NCBI GenBank assembly: GCA_001179505.1
Contig: CDMY01000358.1
Span: 1-64,000 of the forward strand
Direction: 5' to 3'
DNA length: 64,000 nucleotides
Source of the DNA: Vitrella brassicaformis CCMP3155
Taxonomy: Eukaryota; Protista; Chromerida
Part shown: positions 60,901 to 64,000 of the stretch, piece by piece
Layout: each line of letters opens with the position of its first letter
Numbering within the stretch: position 1 is the first letter of the stretch
Notes under the pieces: generated by a model
What the model saw: only the letters and a program-made list of their open reading frames with translations
The model's database searches: none
What the model was told of the DNA's origin: nothing
Program-made: the position numbers and the translations under genes

Positions 60901-63643
60901 CCGGATTGGCGTTCAAGCCGCATCCATCTTCTCGGTATGTCTGACATCAACCAAACCCACACGACACAACACAACACAGTCACTCACAACGCAGTGGGTG
61001 CGTATGTCGTCTGTCTGTTACTTATGCGCACATCCATCTATCCGTCCGTCCGTCCGTCCATGTGTGTATTGCAGTGTCTCGGCCAGGCCTTCGCCCTGAC
61101 ATGCCCAGCTGTGTCAGACGAGGACGCTGTGGGCGATGTCCGACGCAAGAGCCGCACGGACACCAAGGTGAGAGAGACGTTGTGTCTGTCTGCGTGTAGC
61201 GCGGCCATTCATTCCGTGGTCGATGTCTGTGTCTATCGCCCACAGGAGCTGAACCAGCGGCTGACGGCCTATGACGATGCGGTCCGAGCAGCAGCGTGCG
61301 AGTGCCCAAACATAGACATCATCGTCGATCACCTGATCCAAGGTATGTACGTACGTACGTACGTACGCAGGCGTTGACAAATTCTCAACACACACTCTGT
61401 GCGTGGATCTACCGGGCTGCACAACAGGGACGGACGCGAGCGAGCTGCCCGACAAGTGCCAAGTCCAGCCAGGCCTCCCCGTCAAACCAATGCTGGCCAA
61501 ACCCACGAAAGGTGCAAGCGCACTTGTGCCACTGGCCTCCGGTAACTCACACTCGATAGGTAACGATTGCTCCTGCCTGTCTCAGGCATATCTGAGGTGC
61601 TGGATCGTTTCTCGGAGTGCAATTTCACGTGCGAATACAAGTACGACGGAGAGCGGCTGCAGGTGCATGTGGTTGACAGAGGAAATGACCTACCGGATAT
61701 CAGGTGCAAGTGACAGCTTTCGTTGACAAAGGCGCCGGCGGAAAGGCTTCTTTCTTTCGACAGGTTCTTCTCTCGGAGCTCGGAGGACCTCACCACCAAG
61801 TACCCGGATGTAAGCACTCGTGCTGCCGTGAAGCCCCATCAACCCTCTATGCACATTCCACCTCCTGCGTGCAGGTCGAGTCCGCTGTTCGCGAACTGCT
61901 GAAAGAGGTACGGATGGGTACGGATGGTGCGAGAGGTCGCATACAGCGGCAGTCTCGCAGTCTCTCATCTGTGGCTGCATCCCGCAGGAGACGAAGTGTT
62001 GCATACTGGACTGCGAGGTGACATGTCGGACACATGCGAAAGGCTGGAATGAGGGACGGCGACACGAGAGTTTGCATGCCCCGTGTGTATAAGGTTACCG
62101 CGTTTGATGTCGAATCGAAGACCATCCTGCCATTTCAGCATCTCGCCACCCGCAAGCGCAAGGATGTGAATGAAGAGGTGAGGTCAGGGTGTGAATCAGG
62201 ACGTAGATGGCTGTCTCCTCATCTCCCATCTACCCCCCACAGAACATCACAGTCAAGACCAAGATTCACCCATTTGACTGTATCTACTACAACGGGCAAT
62301 CTCTGGTCCGGCATCAATTCAAAGAAAGGTGAGGACACAAGAGGGGTGGTGCTCAGCCTTGCGGTGGCTGCGTGTCGTGCAGGCGCGAGTGCATGTGGAA
62401 GTGTCTCACTGAAGACCCTAACAGAGCGGAATACGCAAAGTAAACAAGGGCCTTGAACACCGAGGCCCACTCGGTAGTGATGTGCATGTGTCCACTTTTG
62501 GGTGTGCATCCTGTCATCAGGTTCAAAGACCTTGATTCAATGGAGGATGTTCAAGCCTTCCTCGACGAAGCAGTCCGAAGTGAGCCGCGTCTCTGCACTC
62601 TCTTCCTTCGTGCCCGGACGGCGTGGCCTCTATGAATTGTGTCTTCGCCTGTACTCCCAGACCACTGTGAAGGATTGATGGTGAAGTCACTGGATGATCA
62701 TGCGACATATGAGCCCTCAAAGCGATCCCTCAATTGGCTGAAGATCAAAAAAGACTACATAGAGGTGGGTTGAACGATACTTCACGTTACCACATGGTGG
62801 TTCTCTCTCCATCGGCCTTTTCCCTGATCCAGGGGATGACGGACTCGATCGACGTTATCCCTATTGGGGCCTTCCACGGGAAAGGCAAACGACAGGTACG
62901 TTATTCATCGGGCCATCCCGACCTTCTGGGTATCCCCTGCCATCTTTCTCGCAGGGAGTGTTTGGAGCCTACCTTCTCGGTAACCCGCAGACTGCCGATG
63001 TCGAACAGCATCAATGTGTCTCTATGTGTGTGGTTCAGCCGTGTACGATGCACAAGGCGATCAATACGAGACCATATGCAAAGCAGGGACTGGCTTCTCT
63101 GACGAGGCCCTCGAGAAGCATTCGCAAACGCTGAAAGAGCACATCGTCGACCAGAAACCCACATACTACAAGGTCAGCCAATCAATAGACGCATCTGTGC
63201 ATTATGTGCCTTGTCCAAATTGGATTCAGGTGACGGACAAGCAGCCGTGCGACGTGTGGTTCAAACCTGTGGAGGTAACCGCACCCGACGACTACAATGC
63301 AAATGTAGCATGCGACAGTTGAATGCGGCAGGTATGGGAGATCAAAGGAGCCGATATGACCCTCTCGACGGCCCACACAGCTGCCTCGGAACTGAGAAGC
63401 GACTCAAAGGTGAATGAACGAGCAAACATCTCGTCCAGTTCATACCGCCTATGACAGGGGATTGGGCTCCGGTTTCCTCGCTTTCTCCGAATCCGAGACG
63501 ACAAGAATCCGGATGACGCAACAACTTCCGAACAGGTGAGGCAGAAGCTTCTGCACCATTACGGACAACCAATTCTTCCGCTTCTTCCGTTAAAGATCCT
63601 CGAACTTTACGACGCCCAGTTCACCAAGAAGAAGAAAGAGTGA
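57994..63643 (+). CDS. LIG1: DNA ligase I
   Basis: [15 protein letters not shown]; [13 protein letters not shown]; PMLAKPTKG; [11 protein letters not shown] (motif I KxDG); CILDCEV; EGLMVK; [10 protein letters not shown]; [10 protein letters not shown]; [13 protein letters not shown]. About 25 exons, all joins apparently intact. Confidence 0.97.
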
Positions 63644-63667
63644 TCATAATTGTAGTGTTGTGGGGCC

Positions 63668-63709
63668 AGTGTAAGTAGCATGTCGAGGAGTGTAAGTAGC
63701 ATGCCGAGG
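63668..63709. repeat. 21-bp direct repeat x2
   Basis: AGTGTAAGTAGCATGTCGAGG / AGTGTAAGTAGCATGCCGAGG, downstream of the LIG1 stop. Confidence 0.8.
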
Positions 63710-63826
63710 TGTAGAAACTTCACACTGATTCTGTACTGTATAATCTTACTGTATACTCCTATGTACAATCACTGGAACGAGGGTCTCGTCAGTTAGGAAA
63801 GACACGAATGGAATGAATGGAAAGTC

Positions 63827-64000
63827 TCAACAGACGTGAATGGAAAGTGGGACTGTTTGGTCCAATCCGACATATGTATCAGACAAAACATAGATGGTCA
63901 GCTGGAATTGCGTTTGGCTTGCGCCTTCATCCGCTTCGGGTGCTGAAAACTTGAACACCGCAGAAGATGTCTTGCCTCGCAGACTCACCCGCTTGAGACC
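63827..64000 (-). CDS. C-terminal Sec63 domain of an ASCC3/Slh1-like (Ski2/Brr2 family) helicase; 3' end only, missing from the ORF track
   Basis: GLKRVSLRGKTSSAVFKFSAPEADEGASQTQFQLTIYVLSDTYVGLDQTVPLSIHVC-stop matches the LKR...TLYxxSDxYxGLDQ terminal motif. GLDQ favours ASCC3 over Brr2, which has GCDQ. Confidence 0.75.
   Translation of the reverse strand, partial: GLKRVSLRGKTSSAVFKFSAPEADEGASQTQFQLTIYVLSDTYVGLDQTVPLSIHVC

Noticed and set aside
63668-63709. CRISPR-like direct repeats
   Set aside because: There are only two adjacent copies with no spacer, the context is eukaryotic and no cas genes are present.
1-64000. tRNA, rRNA or transposon (RT, integrase, transposase) sequences
   Set aside because: No cloverleaf, rRNA-like segment or mobile-element protein motif was recognised by eye. 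A covariance-model or Repbase search was not possible.

Overview
Intron-rich eukaryotic genomic DNA with five 300-N gaps. The microsatellite-filled introns, plastid bipartite presequences and PAN, TLDc and sushi families fit a chromerid alveolate such as Vitrella; this is an inference. Recognisable housekeeping genes are XPB/ERCC3, a plastid-type signal peptidase I, RPL26, a short-form RPA1, USP48, DNA ligase I and the 3' end of an ASCC3-like helicase. The left half holds extracellular-protein genes. One encodes PAN/apple domains and another is an LNR + Cys-rich + TLDc fusion. Head-to-head with that fusion is an 11.5-kb gene encoding signal peptide, LamG-like domain, myxococcal Cys-rich repeat, about 20 sushi/CCP-like modules, a Pro-rich linker, a Hedgehog-type Hint domain and a hydrophobic tail. 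Exon-by-exon reading shows about seven lesions in this gene (stops, frameshifts, a dead splice donor), so this copy looks like a recently pseudogenised, potentially self-cleaving surface protein. Exon joins were reconstructed by eye, gene ends are approximate, and no database searches were run.
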